From: Amoebidium appalachense
Taxonomy: Eukaryota > Protista > Ichthyosporea
Length of the DNA: 64,000 nucleotides
Direction: 5' to 3'
NCBI GenBank assembly: GCA_963693365.1
Contig: CAVNZM010000007.1
Coordinates: 1,287,979-1,351,978 of the forward strand
The notes beneath the pieces were generated by a model that saw nothing but the letters and a program-made list of their open reading frames with translations, did no database searches and had not been told where the DNA came from. Of this stretch, positions 40,919-54,631 are shown piece after piece. Made by a program: the position numbers and the translations under genes. The stretch's first letter is position 1; the number at the start of each line of letters is the position of its first letter.

Positions 40919-41449
40919 ACACTATGAGCAAAAAAGAGTGCCATGCGATGTTGTATTGTACACTAATCTGGTCTGTCCTGACTTTGTCTCCTAGCCGCCA
41001 TAACTTCAACACTACTCATTCAATGTTCAAGAGCAAGAGTACATATGCTGTGGATAGGTGACACCGAGAAAAAAATATGAATTCTTGAATGCCGGAAAGT
41101 GTAAAAAAAAAGTTGCAGCACGGCCCTCTGAACACACGGAGACACGGAGGGCCGTGGGCCTATGGACAGTGGGTTGCACAACTGTGACAGTCGACCGTTG
41201 CGTAAAAGGCTCATGACGTCACTGAGCCACCATAACACCGTGACTCAATATTCTATTTTTAGGTTTCTATATTCATCTCGTACTAGATACGTGCTTGAAC
41301 TTTATTGTTGATGATTTATGTAATAGATCTCGGTGATTATGCAGGTGGTGGTAGGAAGGAATATCCCGATGCTCTCTTGTTACCAAACACCACTCCCGCT
41401 AAACTACATTGTAGGTGAGCCCCTGTCTTAAAAGGAAAGTTTGCGCCGG

Positions 41450-43742
41450 CGTGCTAGCATGAATCAATTTGGCCCCATTGCTCGGATTATTGGTGATTCT
41501 ACTGGAGACCCTCTCATAGACTCTGATAAGTATTTCTTGGAACTGTTTAGACTCTGATAAGTATTTCTAGGAACTGTTTAAAGATAGGACCCCCGCCCAG
41601 AAGCCTATTGTGTGGCCTGTAGACCCATCTATCCCCATAGAATCGATCCTCCCCTTTTTTAGTCCCGATACCGTATGGTCTGTGATATCTAGTTATAACT
41701 CTAGTAAGTCTTGTGGGCCTGATGGACTTCCTGCTGGGTTTCTTAAAATCCTCGTTCCCCCCTACCCACAGAAGGAAAGCGATCATCTATCAAACCTGAT
41801 CTTGCTATTATTTTAAGCTCTCTCTTTTCTTGGTGTGTTAAATGTGGACATGTCCCGTCATCTTGGTTAGATACCTTAATGATCCCCATAGTTAAGAAGG
41901 ACTCTGAGGGCCCCATATCATCTTTTCGTCCCATCACACTAACCCAGGTTGTTCGTAGATTCTTTGAAGCCTGCTTACTTAGGTTATTTGCACATCACCC
42001 TAGGTTTCAATCTATTCTTCACATACACCCATGCCAATCTTTTGTAAAAACAATTCATGTTATGTTCAAATATTAATGGCAGTGCACGATTCTATGCAAG
42101 TTGGTGCAATGATATGTTGGTTGTATTGATTGGAAAGCTGCTTACGATTCTGTCTCCCCCGGTCTCCTATGGGAAAAGCTTGCTGCACGGGGTGTACCAC
42201 ACTGCATTGCTGTTTTGTTAGAAGCACTCTTGCCTCAAACCTATGGTAGAACTGTGATTAACGGGCACCTTTCATATGGTTTTTCTCGTACTAGAGGTCT
42301 CTTGCAGGGTTCATTGCTCAGCCCCTTTTTGTTTAACCTATTTATAGATGATTTGGCTGTCAAGATTTATGCCGAAAATGATGACCCTATTAATAACTTT
42401 CCGCCTGCACTTCTCTATGCTGATGATCTGTCCCTCCTTGCTCGTACCCCTAGACGCCTGCAAAGATTGTTCGATATAGTGTCAGAGTGGTGCAAGGCAA
42501 ACCTTATGATCCTTAACATAGACAAATGTGGTGTTCTTGTACCTGATATAGCTAACAATTAACACACATTTACATTATCATCTAAACCTGTACCTATCGT
42601 TCCAGATCTAATACAAATATCTTGGTGTTCCGGTCAATTCTGTTGGTGTTATGTTTTCCCATATGGTTGAAAAGAGGGTAGAGCTGGCTCGTAAGCGGTT
42701 AGCTTTCTTCTCGGCTAATATTTCTAAAGTCACACCCCTCCATCCTTCTATTAGACTTACATTTATTCGCACTTTTGTCTTCCCGGCATGTGAATATGGT
42801 TTACCCCTTCTCGCCGCTTGGATCAAGAAAGAGAGAACTAGAGCGCTGAAACCCTTGGCAAAATTCCTTGAAGTAGAAGTTGCCTCCTTTCTATCTAACA
42901 ACTGTTGTAAACCTGGGCCTGTAACGCTCTCGATATATGGTCTGGTCCCAATAGCTGCTAGAGTATCCCATCTCGCGCTGAAATTCAATAAGCACATAAG
43001 CCGCTTAAAGAATTATCTGCCCTCCCACCCTCTCTTCTCTATCCGACCTGTCCCCTCCCCACCTCTCCCCTCTTTCCTTCCCTCCCTCTCTCCTTCTTCC
43101 CCGGGCACAAATACAAATAATAAACCCCGCAAAAGTGTGCGTGTGACTTTGGACTGCCACTTAATATTAGACATGTACATAATCACAAATTAATCTCACA
43201 ATATAACAAATGGAAAAAGATACCACACGACACTAGACTCGATGAAAGCGGACACCTTGAAAAACTAAGCCTTATGTCTCGTTTTATATATAATGACCGC
43301 CTTAACCATATAGCCAAATATGGCACTCGCAAATGTTTAACACCTAAATACATATTACCTTCCTGTAGCCCTGGTCTTTCTCTAGCTGATGGTATTATTG
43401 ATCACTTACCACGCTTTTGCTGTACACGTGCTATACAGTGGAGATGTAATAAGTATAAGGTGGCATCGTTTACATGCCCAAACAACACACACACACACAC
43501 CAATTTAAACGATCATGTATCGCCAAATGTAGTTTGATAGACCACATAATACCGCGCAACACACACACGACACATTCACAACAGACACCCAGAAAGATAG
43601 CCTACCTGAAAATTACAACATCCTTGATTTTATACTAAACACACGTAACTATGACCTGTTTATTACTGTATTACTCTAACGCGAGATGATGATGATCGGA
43701 TGTATTGGTTGGCTTGAGAAACACATCATTACAAAATTCTAG

Positions 43743-43773
<31 letters not shown>

Positions 43774-43805
43774 ACGCACACGCACACACACGCACACGCA
43801 CACGC

Positions 43806-43888
<83 letters not shown>
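41450..43888 (+). mobile_element. Decayed, 5'-truncated non-LTR retrotransposon (LINE reverse transcriptase) with (CA)n 3' tail
   Basis: RT motifs in order: KSCGPDG, IPIVKK..FRPITL, KAAYDSV, RGLLQGSLLSPFLFNLFIDDL, LYADDL, LNIDKC, YKYLG, then a Cys/His knuckle-like segment. Multiple stops and frameshifts. (CA)n at ~43743-43888. The 5' boundary is approximate. Confidence 0.92.
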
Positions 43889-43889
<1 letters not shown>

Positions 43890-46772
43890 CTGATACCGAG
43901 TGTCCCAGGGGAGCCCGAAAAAAACAAAAAAAAAAAACGGGGAACCCAACTAATTGGTTTCCTTAGTCTTTATGGTGCCTCGTAGAGAAAGTAAACCCCG
44001 AAATATAATCATCACCCGACATCTATGTACTTGATCATGATATACCGCTGAGGGGATATTCCGAGCAAACCCCCCCCCCCCATACCTGAGACTGGTCTCT
44101 CTTTGCCTCGAGTAAACAGCTTAAACCCCTTTCTATATTTAGTACCATCCTTTTCGGTGGCACCATTTCCCAGGCTGACAGCCTGAGCTGGCACGTACTG
44201 ACTGTGCGCTCTAGCCTATGTACGATAAATCGATGCTGGCTGAGCAAGGTAGGTGAGGCACGTGATCAGCCCGCGGCTTTCCGTATCGTCCACGTCACCT
44301 TGAAAATAAGAGCTACCTCAGAAGGTAGCGGCTGACAGAGTGACCGCGTCTGTGTCAACTCGACAAACAGACAGGCTAAGAGGTGAGGTAGCAACATCTG
44401 TCTAACACAAAAAACAAAAAAATATACATGGAAATTCCTTTGAAAGGCAGCCATACTTGCAAGGGCCTGTTCAAGCCTCGTTGAAATGATGGTAAATCAC
44501 TGTTGATCATCAGCGGATAAAACACCCACCCCTTGTTCAACGTTGTCTTACAAGCGAACGCGCACGAGAGTTAGTGGAGTGAATACCATGTAGGAATAAA
44601 TCTAAACCCACGCACACTCGGGCCACCGGGCAGGTGTACATACTCACCTACACATGAGACTTACAGTTGTTGTGCCCACCTCTCTCAGACATCCTCGCTG
44701 ACAGTCATGTCCTTGTACAGTCCTCCCCCCCCCCCCCCCCCCCCTCCCCCCCCCCCCCCCCGGTTCCCGTACAGACCTCCCCCGCCCCACACACGCAATA
44801 TCTTCCCAATTACCCGCAGGTACTTGTTTATCTGATCTGGCCATGGTATCTTGTAAGCTGGTAAGTGCTACGTGTGTTGAGCTGCTTATTCGCTTGCACA
44901 GCCCTTAGTGTAACACCATTGGTATCTTGTTTCTTGAAAGTTTGTAGTTGGTAGACTAGGGTTTTCCGAACTCCATGCAATCAGTAACGTGGAATGAAAG
45001 CCCAGGAGCGCTAATGAGACAAGTGCATAAGGAAGAGATGCAGCAAGGAAGGGAGCGAGGGGGCAGGGGGGCAGGGGGGGGTGGGGGGGTGGGGGAGGGG
45101 AGGAGAGGTGATTTCGGATACGGCTGCCACAAAAAATGCACAGGCCAAGCCCAGACCCGAAAACGCTGGCACAGCACCTAATGTTACCGAGCCTAGTCCA
45201 GAACTTAACAGCTTGACCCAAACTTTTTGCTAACTAATGCTGCGCCAGCTCAGCAGTTGGTGGACAAGGCTGATCAGAACATAAAGATCAAGACAAGATG
45301 CAGACTGTCAACTATAGACGACGAGGAGGAGCTGGCAGGAAGCGGCTAGTAGACTTTTCAACTGTATATGTATTAAGTTTTTCAACTATGACGAAAATGC
45401 TGTGCGTATGTACGTAGTTACTTCTAGTTAGTGCTTCAACATGATCAACTCTGACCTGCTTGCCAGAATGTTGATTTCGGTGGCTTCTGATCAATGAGCG
45501 AATTCGGTTAAGCTGAAACTATGCATAACCATGGGTGGTACCAATGTTATAGCACAGTTGCCGTCTTCACGAGTTTGGTGTCTGTTTAATGACGCAGCAA
45601 TAGTTGCCCGCGCTCCAAAAGGAATGATTACGGTTGTTCAACGGTTCATTTATGTGGTCTAGATTTTGGGACTATCTAGGTGGGGAATACTACCTCTCAT
45701 GTGCGTGCATTGCTTAGAGGTATGCAAGCCTCTGTATTCTTTGGCACGTTCAAATGAAAACCGAGGCCCGCTTACTAAACTGTATAAATGTACTAGAACC
45801 TCCAATACACAATATCCAAATGAATAGGCGTTTGATGTTGGTCGCGTAGCAGTTGTTTCCGAGTTCAAGTCGCGCGTTGCTGCCAGCAACCGTCAATAGA
45901 TAATGTAATTGTTGGCGGGAAACAACCTGATTGGTGAGTGAGAATTGAAAGGGGTAAAACAGCGGTCCAATCAAATGGCACCACAGAAATATACCAAAGC
46001 TAAAGCAACAACTAAGCGTCGGCGATAAGAGAAGTGAAGAGCATATTCATAATGTGTAAAAGCAAGTAGATAAATATATATAGAGTGAATTATAGAGTAT
46101 TGATGGGTGCAAGTGCTTTATAACAGCCTATCTCTATCGTGGTAATATTTTGCCCACAACGTTGGAGCACCAGGTCCTTTTGATTGGGTAGAAGTATCTG
46201 ACTTATCCAGAATAAAAAAGCTTTTAAGCGTTTTATTGGTGGAGAAATGGTTTACTGGCTTTTGGGCTGTTCTGTAATTAGTTGAATATCACCCATTAGA
46301 TATACCACATGTTCACACTGAATTGCTCCGTGTCACCGTTCGAGCTCAAAAACGAAAGAATTCTTTGTGTGCGGTTGTTGAGGGAAACGTTTTCCTTTAA
46401 CCACCTCTCACAGTTTTACCCTATCTTCCGTCTTATTCAGATGTTATGCTAAGTAATTATGTAAGCTGTTGTCTTTTAAGTTGTTGAAGGTGGTTTTGTC
46501 TTGACTGTAGTACCTCGTTTACTGAATTGGATGAAGCTGTTTGAGTTTCAACGCTAGCCTCTCCGAAGCTCTTTTGTTCTTCGTTCTTGCAAACAAGTGC
46601 ACGTTCAAGTTTGTGGCTCTTTTGAATTCAGTAGCCCAAAGTCTCCATTCAAGCCCTCGAACTCACCGGTTGTTTCTACCTTCCGGCACCCCCGCCACCC
46701 GCACATCCGTTCCTTCGGACCGTCTTGCCACCGCCCTTCTCCTTTTGGACATCTTCATGTTACCCAGCAATC

Positions 46773-47486
46773 ATGGCACGCGAAATGCAGGTCTTCGTCA
46801 GGTTTGATAACATGTGCACTACCAGGACTTTGACTCTGAATGTTACTCCAAGAACACTCATAATCGAACTCAAGAAGAATGTGGTGGAGCGCATTGAGGA
46901 GGCTGGCTTGCAAGGTATGCACATGCATGGCTTACTTGAGTGTTCTGGTTGGTGTTGGCTTCCTTTTGGCATACAAAGTGTGTTTGAATGCTTTAATTTG
47001 TGGTGGCTTACTTTTTGCAACGTGTTGGCCCGAAGTTTGCTGTTGGCTCGCATGGGGCATCTAAAACCTTTCGCTGGCTGTGACGTTACTTTCCTGCACT
47101 TAAGTCTCCTTGTGCCAGCGTGCTGAAATTGCTGCTCGGCATTTACCTATTGAGTTTGCACATTCATGTTACATGTCGTGAACTGTCGCTAACTTAAAGA
47201 CTTCTCGGCAGAGTCGAGCATTCAGGTTACTTTTGCTGGGAAACCCCTCATGGACCACCTCCCCCTCTACGAGTACAATATTCACAAAGAGAGTACCCTT
47301 TTTGCTGCCGTTCTTTGTCCTCTTGCTACTGCCACGCACGGTTTCCTTGACTCTGAGAGCAACGGCGGTTGTGATGTGCAAGTGGCCTCATGCAAGCGAG
47401 CGTTCGAAGAATCCGATGTGAAGCTGGTTGATGTGGACCCGAAAAAGTGGAAGTCGGCGTGTGAGGTAGCGCCCGTATGTGTTTAG
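46773..47486 (+). CDS. Ubiquitin-like domain protein, 142 aa, no C-terminal di-Gly
   Basis: Exons 46773-46914 and 47200-47486 (GTATGC...GCTAAC..AAG, phase 1). MQVFVR...TLTLNVTP...VTFAGKPLMDHLPLYEYNIHKESTL aligns by eye to ubiquitin MQIFVK...[24 protein letters not shown]. Confidence 0.85.
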
Positions 47487-47636
47487 TTAAGCATCTTCTT
47501 ACCAACTTTTGAAGATTAGTTTGGTCACATCCTACACCATTGAAACCATCGAACAACTATGGTTTAGTTAAGCATCTTCTTACCAACTTTTGAAGATTTA
47601 GTTTGGTCACATCCTACACCATTGAAACCATCGAAC
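47481..47636. repeat. ~81-bp tandem duplication overlapping the ubiquitin-like gene's stop codon
   Basis: GTTTAGTTAAGCATCTTCTTACCAAC...GAAACCATCGAAC starts at 47481 and 47562. Confidence 0.9.
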
Positions 47637-50084
47637 TCATCCGCGTATGCTCTCACCCAGCAAAGAAGGCTTCAAGTTCAGCATGTAGTTTTCTCCTCAA
47701 GATTTTCTTTAATGCAGCCTGCCTCAAGCTGGTATTTTGAATGCAATTCAATTTTCGTATGGTACTGTTTTTGTTCTTTAGATGACTGAATTCCAATTTT
47801 GTTGAAGCAGTGTGTTTATTACTCTGGCGCACACCCAACCAAATTTAGGAGTTTCTGAGTGCCTTTGTTGTACATCATGCCGTTTTGTTGTCTGTAAGCA
47901 GACACCGTACTGCACTTTTCCCTACGTATCTTTCCTGGAAAAATATTGGGTATTCGAACCAGGCTGGAACCGAGTAAACAAACGAAAGTGTGGCAGCAAA
48001 AGCCTGCAGATACTAATGGCACATGTGTTGAGTTGAGGACTTAATCTTTATGTTTCAAGCCTCATTTCACAAAGGCTTTTCCTACAGGCAATAATTAATG
48101 AGCGAGGCACGTGTATGTGCCCCTAGGCTCCCCCCCTTTCCCCCAAAACCCATCCTCTCTCTAAAACACACGCACTTGTGCACACCGAGTAAGGCATGCC
48201 CATAGCTCGGGTTGCCGCAGTGGGATTCATGCATGTTTGTCAATTCAGCCTCAAGTCCGTGCAACACTCCGGCAAAGCAGGCTGAAATATACGTTCACGG
48301 CTTGTTGTTATGTACCACACGCTCTAGCTAGAACCCCCCCGCAGTCGCATACACACACACACACACACACACACACGTACCCCCCCTGCCCCCCTTGCTT
48401 ACCTCCTCACCTCCTTTCCCAGTCAGCTTTCCCTTAGGTCGCTCACACATGTCGGCCGTGCACATGATCATCGTTTTCACTCGAATGACCATGCATGGTC
48501 GTGGCCATGGTGTTCGTGGGTTTTGCCATCTTATAATATATGCCTCAAGAGCGACATATAATGTATATACACACCCATGTGCTTGCAATTGGTATGTTCA
48601 AGGGTTCATGATCACGAGCTGCCACCCATAAAGACCGTACGCTTCTGTGCATTTTTGAAACTCAACCTGACCAAGCCGCGGTATACACTGATTGGACCCC
48701 AAAACTCGGGCCCCCTCACCCTCCCCCTTCCTCCGCCTCCCTTCCCCCCCCCCCCCTCCCCCCCCCCCCCCCCTCACCCACCCATCACCACCACCGCCAC
48801 CACACACGTGTGCAGAGAACACACTGCGACGTGTGCAGAGACACACGTGTGCAAAGACGTGTGCAGAGACACGCACTGCATGCTGCGGCAAAAACGAATG
48901 ATACGAGAGGCAGCGCCGACTGTCTGCAAAGCTGTATACAGTGTGCTGCAGTCTATGGTGAATAATATGGTCACTGATTCTCTCGCTTTGATTTTGACAT
49001 TGGTCAGCATTCCCAACCCCTCACCCGCCCCTTCTCCTCCCTCCCTCACCACCACCACCACTGCACCACCACCACACGTGTACACACGTGCACACACACA
49101 CACGCGTACACCACCACGATGTGCGTGAGGGGAAGTGACGTCATCATGAGTGGCTCACGGGTGTCTCCCTAGAGCAATAGTTCTCCTTAATTGCTAACTT
49201 ACAGCATTTTGAATTTGACCTAAATAAGCCGGGCTGAGTTTTCTGAAACAGGCCGAAAACTGATATAAATTCAACTTTTTGAGTTTATCAATTTGGGAAA
49301 AACAATATTTTTGTATTTTTAATTTTCAATCTGTCCCTGTAGCAATTAATATTAACTAGTGGCTACTGTGGCGTCACTGGACGTGATTTCAATGAAATCA
49401 GACATTATAGAAAAGTTTCAATTCTCGGAAGTGTACGGGGTTTTCTGCACGTTTAAGACTTTTTCTGTCGACTCTCAGAAGTTGAGTCAGAACGGAAGAA
49501 CAGATAATGTAGGTTTCTGTTGAAAGCGAGCATTTCTTAAGTGAAGTTCAAGCTAGTTTGATCGTGAGGTTAACTTATTCTCTTGATATTCACACACTCT
49601 TTTGGTGCCCTTGATTTTGCGTTAGCATTTCCCTGTTGTCTTATTCTTCTGTTGAATACACAAACGAATTCAGGTCAACTTGGGAAAGAACAACAACGCA
49701 TGCAAGGAGCATTTTTTGCAAGTTTAGCTGGAGCATTTATTCTGTCAGGTGTAGCTTTTGCATCGTTTGATCGTGAACGTTATCATATGATAGACACATT
49801 TTTCTAACTTAGCAACTATTTCTTCAGCATATCCCTGTTGTGTTTTCTTTCTTTTCAGCTGAGCTAACCGGATTTCTCTCGAATTCCACTCTAAAAAAAC
49901 ACGACCCAATTTCTTCCCAACCACGCAAAAATGGCAACTAACAGTCCAACAGCCCCACAAGAACATGGGGAGCGTCTTTCCGACGGCACACAGCGGGCCT
50001 CCGCCTCAGCACCAACCATACAAAACCCCCACACGAGCAACCTTGGCAGCTCACTAACCCCACATGACACACACGAACATGAAA

Positions 50085-50698
50085 ATGGGGAATGAGTTAG
50101 AAGTCAAGGATAAGCCTCTGGATAAAAGTAACTCGTTCAGTAAGGCGCTAAACAGGTTAGGGTCGGGCCTTCTCAGTGTTGGGGGGGTGATTAAGAGCCC
50201 CCGCACTTGTCACAAGTGCGGAGACAAGGACGAGAGGAACAGTGGTAGTGAATATGAGGAGCCTACCTCCAGTGGGCCGGTGCAGGGAGCCAGTGATCAG
50301 TCGACCGAGTCTGAGTATTTAGCACCCCCCCCCCCCCCCCTCCCCCTCCCCCCTCCCCCCTCCCCCTCCCCCCCCCCCCCCCCCCGGCGTGGTCTGCTTG
50401 TTATGCATACTACCTATGTGTGCTTTGCTCTTTGCACCGTGTTGTCCGTGATTTATTAATTTATGTGTACCTCGTACTCTGTAACTTATTCCCCCCCCCC
50501 CCCCCCCCCCCCCCCCGCCGGCACGGTAACTTATTCACCCCTCCCCCCCCTCCCCCCACCCCACCCCCTTTATTAAAAAACCCCCCCTCAACCCTCCAAC
50601 CTCCACGCACAGTGCACGGACAAGCATGCCCACACTCCAGACGTAGCGCTCCTGCACGCGCACGCACACACACACACACACACACAAACACACAAACA

Positions 50699-50733
<35 letters not shown>

Positions 50734-51259
50734 ACACCCACACATCTATCTATTTTATGGGGGGGGGGGGGGGGGGAGTCATTGGAGATTTTCCTATGAG
50801 TAGTGCAGTATAACTGCAATTCGTCCGTTTTGGGGCTTGTTAAGTGCCAAGAAAATACTATATCATCCACCATGTTGCATACATGAATGTTTGCCCCTGC
50901 ACGTGTGCTGCACCTTGTTTCTCGTCGTTTGGTTGTACTTCGTGGCATACTCCGCATTTTTACCCCCCCCTCCCCCCCCCCCCCCCCGTGCGGCCTTCCC
51001 CGCCTCCTTCCCTCTCTCTCCATCTCTCTCTCTTTATCCCTTCTCTGCACCCCCCCCTACCCCCCTCCCCCCCCCCTCTCTCTCTCACCCTCCCTCGTCC
51101 CCTCCCCCCCCCCCCCCCCCCCCCCCCAACAACAACACCACACACACACACACACATTTCATCCCTCACCACCAAACCCCCGTTTCTGTCCCGGGTCTTT
51201 AGATCTTTGTTCTCTGAGTTCTTCCCCTTCTCCTGTGTTCTCGTGCCTCCCTCCCTCCC

Positions 51260-51291
<32 letters not shown>

Positions 51292-51769
51292 ACAACCCCC
51301 GCTCCTCCCACCCCCTCCCTTGCCCGCTCGTTTTTGACCACCATTACCATGCCCTTTCCGCCTACCTACCCGGCCATCCACCCACACTCACTACACACAC
51401 ACAGACCTGAGACAACCTGCACGTGCTTCCATGTTTTTTCCCCACCTGCCCACCTCTAGCATGTTCCAGAAAACCACACCTCACCCCCCCCCCCCCCCCC
51501 CGCCACCATATCTCCCTCTCAGGCTCTCGAACAAACCCAGCACTGGTCTTGCCGGGGTACGTCTTGCACTTTTGCACAAACTAGGCATTGGTCGAGCCAA
51601 GGCCACACCCAGTGGTCAGGTGGAGGATCTGCCTGCTGTGCCTCCCGAACAGCTCATGTTTGAGGCATTCTCTGTGTGGCTGCAGGAGCAGAAACTGAAA
51701 GGGTTAAAGGAGTTGCCTGTGACTTTGGAGGTGCCCGAGGGTGAGTGTGTGTGTGTGTGTGTGTGCGTA

Positions 51770-51805
<36 letters not shown>

Positions 51806-52504
51806 GGAGGGGGGGGGGGGGGATGGGAGGGGGAGGAGTGAGGGGCAGTAACCGAAAAAGTTAAAAGGAGTTACCTATGACCATGGAGGTACCTGCGGTT
51901 GAGTGCATGTGTTTGGGAGGGGTGAGAGGAGTGGGGAGTTGGAGGAAGGGGGAGCGGGTGGGTGGGTGGGTGAGTGGGTGTTTGTGTGTTTGGTTTGGGG
52001 GGGGGGGGGGGGGGGGGAGCGGGTGGGTGGGTGGGTGGGGAGGGGAGGGGGGAGAAGGGGGTGAGGTGGGGGGAGGGGGAGGATGGGTGGTTGGTTGGGT
52101 GGCTGGGTGGCTTGGGGACAGAAACTGAAACGGTTTAGGAATTACTTGTGACATTGGAGGTGCCTGCGGGTGAGTTTTTGTGTGGATGGGTGAGGAGGAG
52201 AGTGGGTGAGTGGGGGGGTGGGCAGAGAGAAGGGGGGGATGGTTTATTGGGGGGGGGGGGGGGGGGGGGGGGGGATGGGCGGGGTAAGTGGGGAGAAAGG
52301 GGGGTAGGGGGAGGTGTTGGGGTGGGGGCGTGGGATGGAGGAAGGGGGGATGTGGGTGGGTGGATACCTGGATGGCTGTTTGTCTGTGATTCTTTTTGTT
52401 TGCTTTTGTTTGTGTGTGTGTGTGGGGGGGGGGGGGAGGGGGGGGGATGGAAGATTGGAAAGGTGGGGGTGATGGTGGTGTGTGGGTGGATGGGTGGCGG
52501 GGGG

Positions 52505-52552
<48 letters not shown>

Positions 52553-52606
52553 CTTGTGGTCAAACTCCGGTAGTGAAATAAGCTGGTCTCTCTCTTTTTT
52601 TTTTTT

Positions 52607-52660
<54 letters not shown>

Positions 52661-52800
52661 AAGTGGTGCATGGATTTTACTTTGGTGACGGGGCTAGTAA
52701 AGTAGGCGGTTTGGGCGAGAGGAAAGGGATGGGAAGGGTTTTGCTGTTGTTGAAGTCATGTTCGTAACCACTCACACGCATTCCCTCTGTTGTCTTTTCT

Positions 52801-52832
<32 letters not shown>

Positions 52833-53509
52833 CCCCCTTCTTTTATTTCTTTCTTTTTCTTTAGGTTTCAAGCTTCCAGCCTGGGGTAACCCCGAAGGAG
52901 ACGAAGTCAAAAGCGTCACGGTGCTGAAAAGGTTCAACTCACGCAAGCAGCCACACCTCCTAGACATAGTCAACGTCAAGGGGGAACACACCAAGTACAT
53001 CTACAAGCAGGAGGACGATATTAGCATGGATGCATGTGTGCTCAAGTTATTGGTGCTTGCAAACAAGATATGGGAGAAGAGGGGGTACCGTACGCACATC
53101 AGGACGTACAATGTGGTGGCGTGTAGCGACCTGACGGGGTTTTGTGAGGTTGTACCAGGTATAGAGTTCCCCCCCCCCCCCCCCCCCCCCCCCCCTCTCT
53201 CTCCATACACATACACACACGCACAAAAAAAAAAATCGTCGGTTGTATCTGTGTTTGACGTTGCCTGTTGTGGATTGTACTTCCCATGGTGTAAGGCGTG
53301 ATATCACCTTGTATTTGCCACTACCACCATCACCTCATTTCCACCCACCCGCACGCGCATAACCTCAAGTACGCGTCCGCAAGGGCGTGCATGCGCTCAC
53401 AATGAAAGCACACACATGCACACACACCTCTGCGAACTGGCTTCTGCCTGCACAATCATGTTGCCTCAGTTTCTGAATGTTTGCCACTTCTACTGCACTT
53501 GTATAATCC

Positions 53510-53573
<64 letters not shown>

Positions 53574-54556
53574 TTCCGTCTCCCTCCCCAAACCCATATC
53601 CCCCCCCCCCCCCCCCCCCAAAAAAAAAAAAAAAAAAAAAAAAAACAAAAAAAAAACAGGTGAAACCATGCTCCACCAACACGCCAAGGAAATGGACGAA
53701 ATTCTAGGGATGGACATCAACAAGTGGCGCTCATTCCTCTGGTCTGTCATTGCCGTGATAGTGACCACGTGTGCCTTTGATATTACCGACCGCCACCACA
53801 ACAACGTCATGCTCACCCCTGATGGTGACGTGGTTCTGATTGATCTGAGTGCAAGCCTCGGCAATAAGGCGCCCATGGATAAGGGCATGGGTATCAATCC
53901 CATCTACATGCCTGGAAGATTCAAGAAGGTGAGTGCTTCTTCTTTCCCTTCCCTCTTTACCCCCCCCCCCCCCCCCCCCCCCCGCTTCCCCTTTGAGGAT
54001 TGGCTCTGCGTATGACTTTGGCTTTTCCATTATGTATGGTTTGCACTCTGCATTGTGTTGTCCGTCGCGAAGATGCATGTCATACTTGGGACACATTCTA
54101 TAGCCCCCCCTGCCCCCCTGCCTCAAACCCCCACCCCCACTCCCCATCCCCGCCTGAGGATGGGCTTTGCTTATGATGCATTTTTTCAATGTGTGCTTGC
54201 GAAATCTGCAACGGTTTGCTGAATGGTGCGTGTGCATGTGTGCATGTCTGCATATGACCTGCCCATTACCTTATGGTGTGTGTGCTGGTTTCCTAAATGC
54301 CCCTCCCCCCCCCCCCCCCCCCCCTCCCCCCACCCACCCACCCACAACTTAAGGTACGCACGTGGCAAAACATGCACAATACTCGAGGATGTTTTACAGC
54401 ATTCTTGCATGGTGCAAATGCACTTGTGCTTCGGCGTTTGCACAGCTGACCACATAAACCCACGCCCATCTATTCATCCACTCGTGTTCTGCAAGGATAC
54501 TTGAGACACACAACGCTTTACACGCCTGGTGCACCCAGCACACGCTTGCACAATCA

Positions 54557-54631
<75 letters not shown>

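Noticed and set aside
39159-40994. Plus-strand ORFs overlapping the F-box gene
   Set aside because: Antisense shadows of the long minus-strand ORF.
44012-45494. Scattered minus-strand exon-like pieces with GTATGG/GTGAGT donors
   Set aside because: They could not be joined into a coherent or recognisable protein.
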